From: Myxococcales bacterium
GTDB taxonomy: Bacteria; Myxococcota_A; Polyangia; Polyangiales; Polyangiaceae
NCBI GenBank assembly: GCA_043747615.1
Contig: JAYTOU010000033.1
Coordinates: 113,734 to 177,733, forward strand
DNA: 64,000 nt
Reading direction: 5' to 3'
Shown here: positions 27,275 through 36,947 of the stretch, one piece after another
Position numbering within the stretch: position 1 is the stretch's first letter
Layout: every line of letters begins with the position of its first letter
Notes under the pieces: model-generated
Seen by the model: the letters and a program-made list of their open reading frames with translations, nothing else
Told to the model about the DNA's origin: nothing
The model's database searches: none
Position numbers and translations under genes: made by a program

Positions 27275-27367
27275 GCCTTCAACTGGCTTCGGCTGGGGAA
27301 CGGCCGGCGGATTTTGTCCGTCGTTTTCGCCGGGAGAGATCCCGGCATTCATCGAGAGCTTCATCCA
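27275..27367 (+). promoter_or_regulatory. Structured rpsO 5' leader
   Basis: Hairpins CGGCGGA-ttttg-TCCGTCG (27305-27323) and GCCGGGA-gaga-TCCCGGC (27329-27346). Confidence 0.5.
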
Positions 27368-27637
27368 ATGCCGCTTCACACCGAAAAGAAGTCCGAGCTC
27401 ATCACCAAGTACAAGGTCCACGAGACGGACACCGGCTCGCCGGAAGTGCAGATCGCGCTCATCACGGAGCGCATCGGGTATTTGACCGAGCACTTCAAGA
27501 CGCACCTCAAGGATCATCACTCGCGTCGCGGGCTTCTGCGCCTCGTTTCGAAGCGTCGGCGCCTGCTCAATTACCTGAAAAAATCCAGCCTCGATCGCTA
27601 CCGCAAAATGGTCAGCGCACTCAACCTCAGGAAGTAA
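27368..27637 (+). CDS. rpsO: 30S ribosomal protein S15
   Basis: [31 protein letters not shown]. Confidence 0.98.
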   Translation: MPLHTEKKSELITKYKVHETDTGSPEVQIALITERIGYLTEHFKTHLKDHHSRRGLLRLVSKRRRLLNYLKKSSLDRYRKMVSALNLRK

Positions 27638-27648
27638 ACGTATCGCGG

Positions 27649-27669
27649 GGTGGCCGGGTCCCGGTCACC
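27649..27669 (+). terminator. Hairpin after rpsO
   Basis: GGTGGCCGG-gtc-CCGGTCACC; no U tract. Confidence 0.4.
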
Positions 27670-27737
27670 TCACTACCGGCTTCGAAGCTGCTACGCAGTC
27701 GAGAGGTCTAGCAATCACCGAGCGGCCGTGCCCACCG

Positions 27738-27816
27738 TCGCCTTGCTCTTCGATTTGTGATTTCGAACCGCGTCTGAAAGGACGATTCGAGTTTAGAAAT
27801 CGAGGGCCCAAGGCGA
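27738..27816 (+). promoter_or_regulatory. Long stem-loop in the pnp leader (RNase III-type site candidate)
   Basis: Nested pairings TCGCCTTG/CAAGGCGA, TCGATTT/AAATCGA, TCGAA/TTCGA and CGTCT-gaaa-GGACG. Confidence 0.6.
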
Positions 27817-27868
27817 ACCCCCTGGTGCCGGCGCCCGGCGTATTCAACACGCAAGGAGCGTAACCATC

Positions 27869-30106
27869 ATGGCATTCGTACGTGAATCCGTCGTCGTCAA
27901 CGGAAAGCCTCTCACTTTTGAAACCGGCCGCCTCGCCAAGCAGGCACATGGCTCGATCCTCATCACCTACGGCGAGAGCGTGGTCCTCGTCACGGCCGTC
28001 TCCGGCGATGAGCGCCCCGGCTTGGACTTTTTTCCCCTGACCTGTGAGTACGTCGAAAAGACATACGCCGCAGGGAAAATTCCGGGCGGATTCTTCAAGC
28101 GTGAAGCGCGTCAGAGGGACGAAGAAATCCTCACCTGCCGCCTGATCGATCGCCCCTGCCGGCCGCTCTTTCCGGAAGGCTTCCGTAACGACACGCAAGT
28201 CATCGCGACGGTGCTCAGCTCCGACAAGGTGAACCCCACCGATGTCCTCGCCCTCACTGGTGCGAGCGCTGCCCTTCACCTCTCGGACATCCCCTGGGCT
28301 GGCCCCATCGCAGGCGTTCGCGTGGCGCGCATCAACGGCGAGTTCATCGCCTTCCCGACCCTCGAGCAGCAAGGCCTCGCCGACATCGACCTCGCCGTCG
28401 CATGTACGAAGGATGCAATCTGCATGGTCGAAGGCGGCGCTGCGGAAGCGACCGAGGCCGACGTCATCGACGCTCTCATGTTCGCGCACAAGACGGCGCA
28501 GCCGATCATCGAGCTCATCGAGCGCATGCGCGCTGCGGTGGGCAAAGAGAAGCGCGTCTTCACGAGGAAGGCTCTCGACACCAAGATCTCCGGCCGCGTG
28601 GCGGCGCTGTGCGACGCAGGTATTCTCGAAGCGTCGCTCATCAAGGACAAGAAGCAGCGCTACGACACGTACAAGAGCGTCAAGACCAAGCTCGCCGAGA
28701 CGCTCACCGCGGAGCTCGGCGCCGAGACCTACGCCGCCAGCGAGAAGCTCGTCAAAGAAGAGTTCGAGGAGCGAAAGTACAACGTCGTTCGCGAGTACGT
28801 ACTCTCCCAGAACAAGCGCATCGACGGCCGAGCGATGAATCAGATCCGCGCCATCGCCACCGAAGTGGGCATCCTCCCGCGCGTCCACGGCTCGGCGCTC
28901 TTTCAGCGCGGCGAGACACAGGCCATCGTGACCAGCACGCTCGGCACATCGAGCGACGAGCAGAAGATCGACGCGCTCACCGGCGAGCGATGGAAGCGCT
29001 TCATGCTCCACTACAACTTTCCCCCCTTCTCCACGGGCGAAACCAAGCCGATGCGCGGCCCCGGCCGTCGCGAGATCGGTCACGGAGCGCTCGCTGAGCG
29101 CGCGCTTTCCCGCATGATGCCGGAAGCCGAAAAATTCCCGTACACCATCCGCATCGTCTCCGAGACCCTCGAGTCGAACGGCTCTTCGTCGATGGCCGCG
29201 GTCTGCGGCGGAACGATGTCCCTCATGGACGCAGGCGTCCCGATAAAGTCGGCAGTCGCCGGTATCGCGATGGGCCTCATCTCCGACGGCAAGCGCTTCG
29301 CGATCCTCTCGGACATCCTCGGTGACGAAGATCACCTCGGCGACATGGACTTCAAGGTCTGCGGAACCGAGCGGGGAATCACGGCCATTCAGATGGACAT
29401 CAAGATCGCCGGCCTCACCCGCGAGATCCTGGCGAAGGCCCTCGATCAGGCCAAGGAAGGCCGTCTGCACATTCTCGGCAAGATGGCCGAGACCCTCGCC
29501 GCACCGCGCGCCGACCTCTCCAAGTACGCGCCGCGCATCACCACCCTCAAGGTGAAGCCGGACCAGATCCGGATCATCATCGGCCCGGGCGGAAAGACCA
29601 TCAAGGGCATCGTCGACCAGACCGGCGTCGCCATCGACGTCGAGGACGACGGCACGGTCAACGTGGCCTCGAGCGATCCAGAGGCCGTGAAGAAGGCCAT
29701 CGAGATCATCAAGGGGCTCACCGCGGAGCCCGAGGTCGGAGCCGTCTACAAGGGCGCCGTCCAGCGCATCACCGACTTCGGCGCGTTCGTCGAGCTCATG
29801 CCGGGCACCGACGGGCTCCTCCACATTTCCGAGATGGCCCACACGCGCGTCGACAAAGTCACCGACGTGATGAAGGAAGGGGACATCGTCGAAGTGAAGG
29901 TCCTCTCCGTCGAGCGCGACGGCAAAGTGCGCCTCACGCGTCGCGAGCTTCTTCCCCTCCCCGAGGGCGAAGAGGGCGAGCGCGCGAAGGAGCGCATGTT
30001 GGCCTCCCGCGAAGCCGGTCCCCCGCGCTCAAGCGGCCCCGGTGGTGGACGCGGCGGCCCTGGTGGCGATCGCGGACGCGGCGGTCCCCCGCGCGGTCGT
30101 CGGTAA
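27869..30106 (+). CDS. pnp: Polyribonucleotide nucleotidyltransferase
   Basis: FETGRLAKQA, DFFPLT, RREIGHG, ESNGSSSMA, EDHLGDMDFKV; KH and S1 domains; RGG-rich tail. Confidence 0.99.
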   Translation: MAFVRESVVVNGKPLTFETGRLAKQAHGSILITYGESVVLVTAVSGDERPGLDFFPLTCEYVEKTYAAGKIPGGFFKREARQRDEEILTCRLIDRPCRPLFPEGFRNDTQVIATVLSSDKVNPTDVLALTGASAALHLSDIPWAGPIAGVRVARINGEFIAFPTLEQQGLADIDLAVACTKDAICMVEGGAAEATEADVIDALMFAHKTAQPIIELIERMRAAVGKEKRVFTRKALDTKISGRVAALCDAGILEASLIKDKKQRYDTYKSVKTKLAETLTAELGAETYAASEKLVKEEFEERKYNVVREYVLSQNKRIDGRAMNQIRAIATEVGILPRVHGSALFQRGETQAIVTSTLGTSSDEQKIDALTGERWKRFMLHYNFPPFSTGETKPMRGPGRREIGHGALAERALSRMMPEAEKFPYTIRIVSETLESNGSSSMAAVCGGTMSLMDAGVPIKSAVAGIAMGLISDGKRFAILSDILGDEDHLGDMDFKVCGTERGITAIQMDIKIAGLTREILAKALDQAKEGRLHILGKMAETLAAPRADLSKYAPRITTLKVKPDQIRIIIGPGGKTIKGIVDQTGVAIDVEDDGTVNVASSDPEAVKKAIEIIKGLTAEPEVGAVYKGAVQRITDFGAFVELMPGTDGLLHISEMAHTRVDKVTDVMKEGDIVEVKVLSVERDGKVRLTRRELLPLPEGEEGERAKERMLASREAGPPRSSGPGGGRGGPGGDRGRGGPPRGRR

Positions 30107-30118
30107 TTCAAGAACGGC

Positions 30119-31525
30119 TCAGTCCGTCGTTTTGAGCAGAAAATAGCCATTTCCGCGATCGCCCAGGGGTAGGAAGGCGATCGCGCGAAAGTGGCTCGCG
30201 AAGAGATCTGACTCCGCGAAGCGTGCTTCGAGCACGCGGGTGAAGAGCGCGTCGCGCCACGCGTCGAGGGATTCGCTCGCCCGCTTGTCGACGAAGACCA
30301 GAACGTACTCCGGCTTGCGCGCGAGAAGGAACGCGACATCCACGCGCTTCGAGGTGTGACCGCCGGGGAGCACGGCTACCTCTGGATCGGTGAGACCGGC
30401 GAGATCGACGATCGCTCCTTCCGTGGCAGCGCTTGGCCAGCCGATATCGAGTGACGCTATCGAGCGAGCGTCGTCGACGAAGGGACGCGCGTGCGCGATG
30501 AGAGCTTTGCGATCACGTTGGACGTGTCTACCCGCAGGCGCCGAGACCACCATGAAATAGGCCCCCACGGCAATGGCCACGGTGACGCGCGCTGCCGTCG
30601 CGGCACGGTGGGCGTGCGGAGCTGCGAGCACGAACGCATAGAGAAGCGATGGAGCGATCGGTGCCATGAGGCGCGCGTACGGCATCCAATCGCCCCCGGC
30701 GAATGCCACGGCGAGCAGATGAGCGACGCCGGCTACGGCGATGACGGACGCGCTTCTTGATCGCCTGAGCGCCAGCGGTGCGAACGCGACGAGTGGTGTG
30801 AGGGAGAGGATCGCCGCCGCGCCGACGTAGGCCACTCCGTGGGTGAGATCGCTTGGCTTGGCGAGAAGCGACAACGGCGCTGCGCGACCAAAGACGACCA
30901 GACGCGTGAGGACCGCGAGCGTGAAGGGAGCCGCGCTGGCAGCCAGCGACAAGACCCGCGCTCGCGCGGTAGCGTGCGCGACCCAGCCTGCGCCTGCGGT
31001 GAGAACGAGAGCCCACGGGAGCATCTCAGGACGGAGCGACGCGGCGAGGCCAGCGAGGATCGCGCATGAATAAGGGCGTCTGGTGCATAGCGCCGCCGCA
31101 GTGGCCAGGGCGATGGCCAGACCGGTCTCGAGCCCGCTGACGGCGTGCGCAGCCACCGGCACGACCAGCGCGAGGAGAGCGAGCGACGCCACCTTGACCG
31201 CACGCGAAGCAGGCGCGCGACCGATGGCTCCTCCGAGCAACGCCGCCGCGCAAAGCCAGCTCACAAGATTCATGTACTTTGCACGCATCAAGACGGTGAT
31301 CGCATCACCGTGCGCGAGCGGCGCTAGCAACCATGGCCAGGGGAGCGGCGTCACGCCGTCGGTCACCGGGCCGGCGACGTTGAAGCGGTAGCCGGCACCG
31401 TCGGCGAGATGCCGCGCATAGCGCACGGGAATGAGCGCGTCATCCACCGTGAAGTTCCACAGGAAGAGCGACGGAAGGAGACCTGCGACCACGGCCATGA
31501 GCGGCCACACCGGAAGTCGCGCCAT
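30119..31525 (-). CDS. Polytopic membrane protein, GT-C glycosyltransferase-like
   Basis: VDDALIPVRYARHL..G.GYRFN, DGVTPLPW, SGLET, LRPE, GGDWMP..R, DLAGLTD motifs; many TM helices. Confidence 0.7.
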   Translation of the reverse strand: MARLPVWPLMAVVAGLLPSLFLWNFTVDDALIPVRYARHLADGAGYRFNVAGPVTDGVTPLPWPWLLAPLAHGDAITVLMRAKYMNLVSWLCAAALLGGAIGRAPASRAVKVASLALLALVVPVAAHAVSGLETGLAIALATAAALCTRRPYSCAILAGLAASLRPEMLPWALVLTAGAGWVAHATARARVLSLAASAAPFTLAVLTRLVVFGRAAPLSLLAKPSDLTHGVAYVGAAAILSLTPLVAFAPLALRRSRSASVIAVAGVAHLLAVAFAGGDWMPYARLMAPIAPSLLYAFVLAAPHAHRAATAARVTVAIAVGAYFMVVSAPAGRHVQRDRKALIAHARPFVDDARSIASLDIGWPSAATEGAIVDLAGLTDPEVAVLPGGHTSKRVDVAFLLARKPEYVLVFVDKRASESLDAWRDALFTRVLEARFAESDLFASHFRAIAFLPLGDRGNGYFLLKTTD

Positions 31526-31667
31526 GCGGACGCGCTACCAGCCCCTTTCGCGCGTGTCCAATCCTTGCGATTTCCGCAGAAAACTAGGGCGCGAGAGCGT
31601 CCTCTTCCTACGCTTCGTTCATCGACGCTGCGGCCTGTCCACGAGCCAGCGCGCCGACCCCCTACCC

Positions 31668-34019
31668 ATGATGCGAAGCTTCGAGATTTCCCTCGCGCCC
31701 GAGCCGTTTACGCCCGCCAATGATCCCGAGGTCGCGCCTTCATCACTGAAGCGCGCGCCTCCGTCGACGCCGCCCGCGCGGGAGGTGCTCGACATCTTCA
31801 TTGGAGGGGCGAACGTCACGGCGCGGGTCGCCGATCGTCACGCCTCCGCGGTCCTGCGCGATCTCGGCCTCGCACTGGCCACGCTCGCTCCGAAGCCGCG
31901 CGGAAAAGTGATCGTCCGGTTCTACGACGACCCTTGGGAGCTGTGCGTCGAGAGGCTGGGTGCGATCGCTCTGCTCAGCGTCTACCGTGCGGGCGGCGAA
32001 CCGTACGTCGCCGTGTACGACGCGCGCGTCCCCTTCTCGGAGGTCGTCGACAGCGCCAAAAGAGCCATTTTTCAGGCTCTTGAAAGAGGTTCGGGGCCCG
32101 CGTCCGTCATCCTCGAGCTCCGCGCCGCGCTCGATGCTCTCGAAGTTCCCGACGGCGTTGCGCTGGCCCGCGCCCTCTCTGATCCGCCGGTTTCGACCGT
32201 TACGATCGATCTCGAGCGCGACGTGCCTATTGCTTTCGGCGCCGACTTTTTCCTTCGCGACAAGACGGGTGAGCGCGCGATCGACGATGACGGCGGGAGC
32301 GCGCACGAAGCCTCGAGCGTCGAGCGCGCCGACTTGCACGCTCTTCTCTTTCGCGGACGGATGCGAGCGGAAGTTCGGGGACGCGCCGTCGATCTCGGCG
32401 AGGCCCACCCCTTCTTGGTGGCCGAGCGCCTGGTCGCCATGTCGCGGCGAGCGCTCGAAGCCTGGGAGCACGGACAGGCGCTCTTCGTCCGGTCCGAAGC
32501 GGGAGGCGTCGTGCTCGGCGTGCGGCTGACGAGCGACGGCGAAGCGGCCCTCACCCTCGGCGGCGCGGCGCATGTCACTTTTCCGTCTCTCGCCGTGCCC
32601 GATCTCGTCGAGGCCTCGCTCGCCTTCGGACGCGCGCTCGTCCGCGCTCTGCTCCGGCGTCACCGTGCCGAATGCATGAATTTACGGCTGAGCGCGTTCC
32701 GCAGGCAACTCCGCGAGATGAGCGACGCTCTGCGCGAGGTGTGCCGGGAGGACTCGAAGATCAACCTTACGCCCGGCCCCTACCGCGCCTTCGTCGAGGT
32801 CTCTGCGGCGAAGAATGGCGTGCAGCAAAGGCCGCTTCCGCCCACCCGCCTTCGCTACGTGCAGCGGTGGCGCGCGCTCGTTCCGGGGATCGATCTCCGG
32901 GGGACGTTCTTGTGCGGCGATCGTCTCCTAGTCGGCTCAGCAACCGAAACGTTCTGCCTCGACCGCGCGACCGGTGAGGTTCAGTGGCGCGTTCCTACGA
33001 GCCGCGCGACCAGCGTCGTCACGCCCGGAGGTATCGCGCGCCTCGCGCCCGATGGCGATCTCGAGGTCCTCGATTTCGGAAATGGCGAGGTCACCATGCG
33101 CACGCACCTCGCACCGCGACTCGGCGCCCCCCCGGTCGGCGCCGTCGTGCACGTGCCCGGACTCCCTCGCCTGCTCATCGTTACCGAAGGTGAGCGTCAC
33201 CTCGTTGCTCTCGATCTCGCGTCCGGTGAGCCGCGCTGGCGATTCGCGTGGGGACGCGGCGGCTCTCTCCGTCTAAAGCGCCAAGGCAAGCTCCTCTACG
33301 TCGCGAGCGGAGACAGCGGGCTCGCCGCGCTCGATGTCCAAACAGGCAGTGTCGTCTGGCGCCTGCGGAATCGCCTTCGATTTCGCTCCGCGCCGACCGT
33401 CGACCACGACGCGCTCCTCGCCCTCGCCGGGGGCGTGAACTCCGCCTCCGAGCTGGTGTGCGTGGATCCCTATTCGGGTCAGGCACGCTGGACACGAACG
33501 CTCCACGCAGGCTCGGCCCCCTGCACCGTCGAAGGAACTCCTCTCGTGTGTGGACGCGTCGTCGCCGTCGCCGTCCGCGATCGTCACGGCCTCAAGCTGA
33601 TGGCCTTCGCTCTCGACACGGGAGAAGCTCTCTGGGCAACGGAGGGCCCGATCGCCCCGGTCGGTACCTCCTGGCTCGCGGTCGACGATCTCTTCATCGG
33701 CAACTCCCCTACCGGCGAGCTCTTCGCGATCGACGCCGAGGAGGGCAAGGTCCGCTACCGCCACGTCCTCGGTCGCGTCCTCGAGTCGGACGTCCCTCGT
33801 CGCCTCGAGCCCGTGCTCCGCTCGGGCGCCCTCTTCGTCCCGCACACAGACGTCCACGTCTTTCGCCCGCACGACGGCGTCCTCTTGGGCACCATCGGCC
33901 CCTGCGATGCCATCCCCGATCTGCTTCGCGTCGACGAACGCTGCGACGTTTACATCGCCGAGGACAGCGGTCACCTCGTCTCGTTTGGCGTCGGACCTAG
34001 GCTTTCGCTCGTCAAGTGA
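31668..34019 (+). CDS. PQQ/BamB-like beta-propeller repeat protein with a large unknown N-terminal region
   Basis: Repeated (A/C)LDxxTGExxW blades; no signal peptide; ATG start at 31668 is inferred. Confidence 0.8.
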   Translation: MMRSFEISLAPEPFTPANDPEVAPSSLKRAPPSTPPAREVLDIFIGGANVTARVADRHASAVLRDLGLALATLAPKPRGKVIVRFYDDPWELCVERLGAIALLSVYRAGGEPYVAVYDARVPFSEVVDSAKRAIFQALERGSGPASVILELRAALDALEVPDGVALARALSDPPVSTVTIDLERDVPIAFGADFFLRDKTGERAIDDDGGSAHEASSVERADLHALLFRGRMRAEVRGRAVDLGEAHPFLVAERLVAMSRRALEAWEHGQALFVRSEAGGVVLGVRLTSDGEAALTLGGAAHVTFPSLAVPDLVEASLAFGRALVRALLRRHRAECMNLRLSAFRRQLREMSDALREVCREDSKINLTPGPYRAFVEVSAAKNGVQQRPLPPTRLRYVQRWRALVPGIDLRGTFLCGDRLLVGSATETFCLDRATGEVQWRVPTSRATSVVTPGGIARLAPDGDLEVLDFGNGEVTMRTHLAPRLGAPPVGAVVHVPGLPRLLIVTEGERHLVALDLASGEPRWRFAWGRGGSLRLKRQGKLLYVASGDSGLAALDVQTGSVVWRLRNRLRFRSAPTVDHDALLALAGGVNSASELVCVDPYSGQARWTRTLHAGSAPCTVEGTPLVCGRVVAVAVRDRHGLKLMAFALDTGEALWATEGPIAPVGTSWLAVDDLFIGNSPTGELFAIDAEEGKVRYRHVLGRVLESDVPRRLEPVLRSGALFVPHTDVHVFRPHDGVLLGTIGPCDAIPDLLRVDERCDVYIAEDSGHLVSFGVGPRLSLVK

Positions 34020-34095
34020 GCGCTGCGCGGGCTTCTTAGGCCACCCCCCCCTTTGCCCGGGCTAGGGGGTGTGGGTTATGCCTCTGCGGCGAGGG

Positions 34096-35223
34096 TCATT
34101 CACAGTGAGCGAGTGGGATACTCCCGTCGTCGGTGACGCACGACATACCGCCGCACTTGCAATCGAAGCGAACCTTCTTGCCCGCGATGCACGTCGTGAT
34201 GGTGCTGCCGTTGCACTGGTTTTGCCCGAGTGAGAAGGGGCTGCACTGATCGGTGTTGGTGACGCAGAGTGGCTTTCCCTCGGCTTGCGAGCAGCGGCGT
34301 CCGATGGCGGCGCAATCGAGCTGGGAGACTGTGGAGTTGCCGTTGCACGTCTCCACGAGGTTGCCGACGCACTTGTTCACGAAGAGGGCGACGTTGCATT
34401 TTTGGTAGCTGCCTTCGGTCAGGCAATCGAACTTGTGGCTGGCGTCAGGACCGGCGTCGCCGCAGACGCTTCCCACGGCTTGGCAGCTGAAGCTGACGTC
34501 GATCTGGGTGTCCTTGGCGCAGTCGTAAAAGTTTCCGGAAATCGGATCGCACGACGTCACACGGTACGGGCAGGTTCCGAGCGGATCCAGCTGACCGCAC
34601 CCCACGATGCCGCCCTCGTCGACCAGACAGCGCGCGCTCCCACCATAGCTCGCCGCCGCACAATGAAAGGCCACGCTGTCGACGCAATCGATGCCCGAGG
34701 TTCCCTCACAATGATCTTTCGCGATCGCACCGTCTGCGCCGCCGTCGCAGCGCGGGTCTCCGCTGAAGAAGGCTTCTACGGCCAGGCAGCCCGACGCCGC
34801 TTCGCATGTGGTGGCTCGCGCGATGCATTGCAGGCTCGCCTGCTGTATGCCGCGCCCAACGCGCGTTGGAGGGACCGGGCCGGCAAGCCAATTCATGCAT
34901 AGTGCAAAGTTCGTATCGCTCCCGATGAGGCCGAGCGATGACTCGAAATTGAGCTCGAGATTGGGACACTTGAACATCCAGCTGCAGGCACGCGCAGCCT
35001 CGGTGAGCGAAAGGTAGCCGTCGTTCGTTCCGAGGCACTGGTCCACGGGCGCCGCGTCACCGTCGCTTCCTCCTTCCCCGGCATCGAATGCGTTTGCGCC
35101 GTCGGCAGCAGAAGGAACCTCGAGCCCATTGAAGACCGTGCACGACGCCACTTGCACCGTCGTCACGGCGAGCCCGAGGACGCCGGCGGTTGCGAGATGA
35201 GTTCGTAGCGAACGACGTTTCAA
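34096..35223 (-). CDS. Cys-rich putative lipoprotein
   Basis: TTG start overlapping the kinase stop (TTGA); hydrophobic leader ending VASC; many Cys; DAG/DGG-rich linkers. Confidence 0.75.
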   Translation of the reverse strand: MKRRSLRTHLATAGVLGLAVTTVQVASCTVFNGLEVPSAADGANAFDAGEGGSDGDAAPVDQCLGTNDGYLSLTEAARACSWMFKCPNLELNFESSLGLIGSDTNFALCMNWLAGPVPPTRVGRGIQQASLQCIARATTCEAASGCLAVEAFFSGDPRCDGGADGAIAKDHCEGTSGIDCVDSVAFHCAAASYGGSARCLVDEGGIVGCGQLDPLGTCPYRVTSCDPISGNFYDCAKDTQIDVSFSCQAVGSVCGDAGPDASHKFDCLTEGSYQKCNVALFVNKCVGNLVETCNGNSTVSQLDCAAIGRRCSQAEGKPLCVTNTDQCSPFSLGQNQCNGSTITTCIAGKKVRFDCKCGGMSCVTDDGSIPLAHCE

Positions 35224-36947
35224 GGGGGGCTCCCGTACGGATTGTCTTGGAGGTCTCGCGGGCGGTCCGGAACGACGGGGCCGGTGGGGAGCTTCCTCGG
35301 AGTTTGGCCCTTGCTGAGCGGCACCACCACCAGCCGAATCTCGCGTGGCCCACGGGCATCGGCATCCGCGCGTGCCACGCGGCCACCCACGAGCTGCGCT
35401 TCGAGAAAGACCGAACCTGCCCACGGCGCCATGAACACGTGAGCGCGGCCGTTTTCGAAGTCGATTCGCCGCGCGCTCCCGCCGGTGCGAACGCTCTCGA
35501 TGGGCGCATCAGCAGTCAAGACGAGCTCTACGTCGTTCGACATGCCAGGAGAAGATACGGTGGTGACGGGCTGCAGCGGAGCGGCGACGACGATAGGCAC
35601 GGGATGCGGCTCGCGTCCGAGAAACGTCGTCCCGAGCTTCAGCGCCACGCCCACGATGATCACGCCGCCGGCGATGACCCAAATCGACGCGCCCGGCCGC
35701 TGGGCCTCGGCCGCAGGCACGGCGACGTCTCTTTCGTTCGCTGCGGGTCTTGTCTTCGAGAAGGTGGGCTCGACGAGAACCGCGGACACGGTAGGGATGT
35801 GGACCCCGCTCTCGGTCTCCGGAAGCGCGCCGTAGCCCGCCGGAGATCGCGACGTGACGGGAAGCGACGCGCTGGACGCCGTCACCGGAGGGACCTCGCG
35901 CTCCGACGATCGTACTTGTCCGTCGACGGCCGTGGGCGAGCCGTGCGCGCCGACCATCGAAAACCGGCGCTTCGGCATGCGACCTTCGAGGATGCCTTGC
36001 AGCTCCTGCGCGCGCTCGGCGAGCCGCGGCCCACAGTGCTCCACCATGAACGCAGACACTTCACGGACGCTTGCGGGAGCGACGGCACTTTCCAGTGCGT
36101 CCAAGAACTCCGCAGCCGTCTGGTATCGCGTCTTGGGATTTCGTTCGAGCGCACGAAGGACCACTGCGTCGAGCTTGGGGGTGATCGAAGAAAGGATCGA
36201 CGACGGCGCGGGAATGGGCGCGTCCATGATCCGACGCATCGTGTCGAGCTCGTTCTCGCCGCGAAAGAGGCGCTTGCCGACAAGCGCTTCGTGGAGAGTC
36301 ACTCCACAAGCAAAGATGTCGACGCGCCGATCGGACGGCAACCCTGAGGCCTGTTCGGGCGCCATGTACGCGAGCTTGCCCTTCAGGCTGCCGGTCTTGG
36401 TTTGGGTGAGTCGGTCAGCAGCGTGCGCGATCCCGAAGTCGATGAGACGGGTCGCGCCGTCTTTGCCGACGATGATGTTCTGGGGGCTCACGTCTCGGTG
36501 GACGAGCTCCATTGGCTCGCCACGCATGTCGAGTGCCTGGTGCGCGGCGTGCAGACCCGCCAGGGCGTCGGCGATGATCCGCACCACGATTCGCGCAGGG
36601 ATCCCCACGTTTTTTGCTTTGCTGAGCAGCGTCGAGAGCGCCACGGATTCGATGTACTCCATCACCAGCAGGAGCTCGTTCTCGCTCTCCACAACGTCGA
36701 TCACCGCCACCACGTTCGGGTGGTGAATGAGAGATGCGATACGCGCTTCATCGGTAAACATGTCCGTGAACTCGCGGTTTCCGAGGAGATGCGGATGCAC
36801 GCGCTTGAGGACGACCAGCCGCTCGAAGCCCTTCGCGCCGACATGACGCGCAATGAACACAGTCGCCATCCCGCCCGAGGCGAGCTCGAGCAGCGGCTCG
36901 TAATTGCCGAGGCGCAGAGAGTTCGCCATCGAGTCCGTGGCGCGCAT
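35220..36947 (-). CDS. Hanks-type Ser/Thr kinase, single TM
   Basis: ASGGMATVF, VLKR, HRDVSPQN, DFGIA, GKLAYMAPEQ; TM IWVIAGGVIIVGVAL; C-terminal DNPY. Confidence 0.93.
   Translation of the reverse strand: MRATDSMANSLRLGNYEPLLELASGGMATVFIARHVGAKGFERLVVLKRVHPHLLGNREFTDMFTDEARIASLIHHPNVVAVIDVVESENELLLVMEYIESVALSTLLSKAKNVGIPARIVVRIIADALAGLHAAHQALDMRGEPMELVHRDVSPQNIIVGKDGATRLIDFGIAHAADRLTQTKTGSLKGKLAYMAPEQASGLPSDRRVDIFACGVTLHEALVGKRLFRGENELDTMRRIMDAPIPAPSSILSSITPKLDAVVLRALERNPKTRYQTAAEFLDALESAVAPASVREVSAFMVEHCGPRLAERAQELQGILEGRMPKRRFSMVGAHGSPTAVDGQVRSSEREVPPVTASSASLPVTSRSPAGYGALPETESGVHIPTVSAVLVEPTFSKTRPAANERDVAVPAAEAQRPGASIWVIAGGVIIVGVALKLGTTFLGREPHPVPIVVAAPLQPVTTVSSPGMSNDVELVLTADAPIESVRTGGSARRIDFENGRAHVFMAPWAGSVFLEAQLVGGRVARADADARGPREIRLVVVPLSKGQTPRKLPTGPVVPDRPRDLQDNPYGSPP

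Noticed and set aside
27665..29842. 725-aa ORF antisense to pnp (and similar shadows over aceK, rpoN and the 21.5-25.2 kb genes)
   Set aside because: In-register antisense frames stay open because of GC-biased codon usage.
34042..34071. C-run/G-run hairpin between convergent genes
   Set aside because: Possibly a terminator, but low complexity with a large loop; unsupported.
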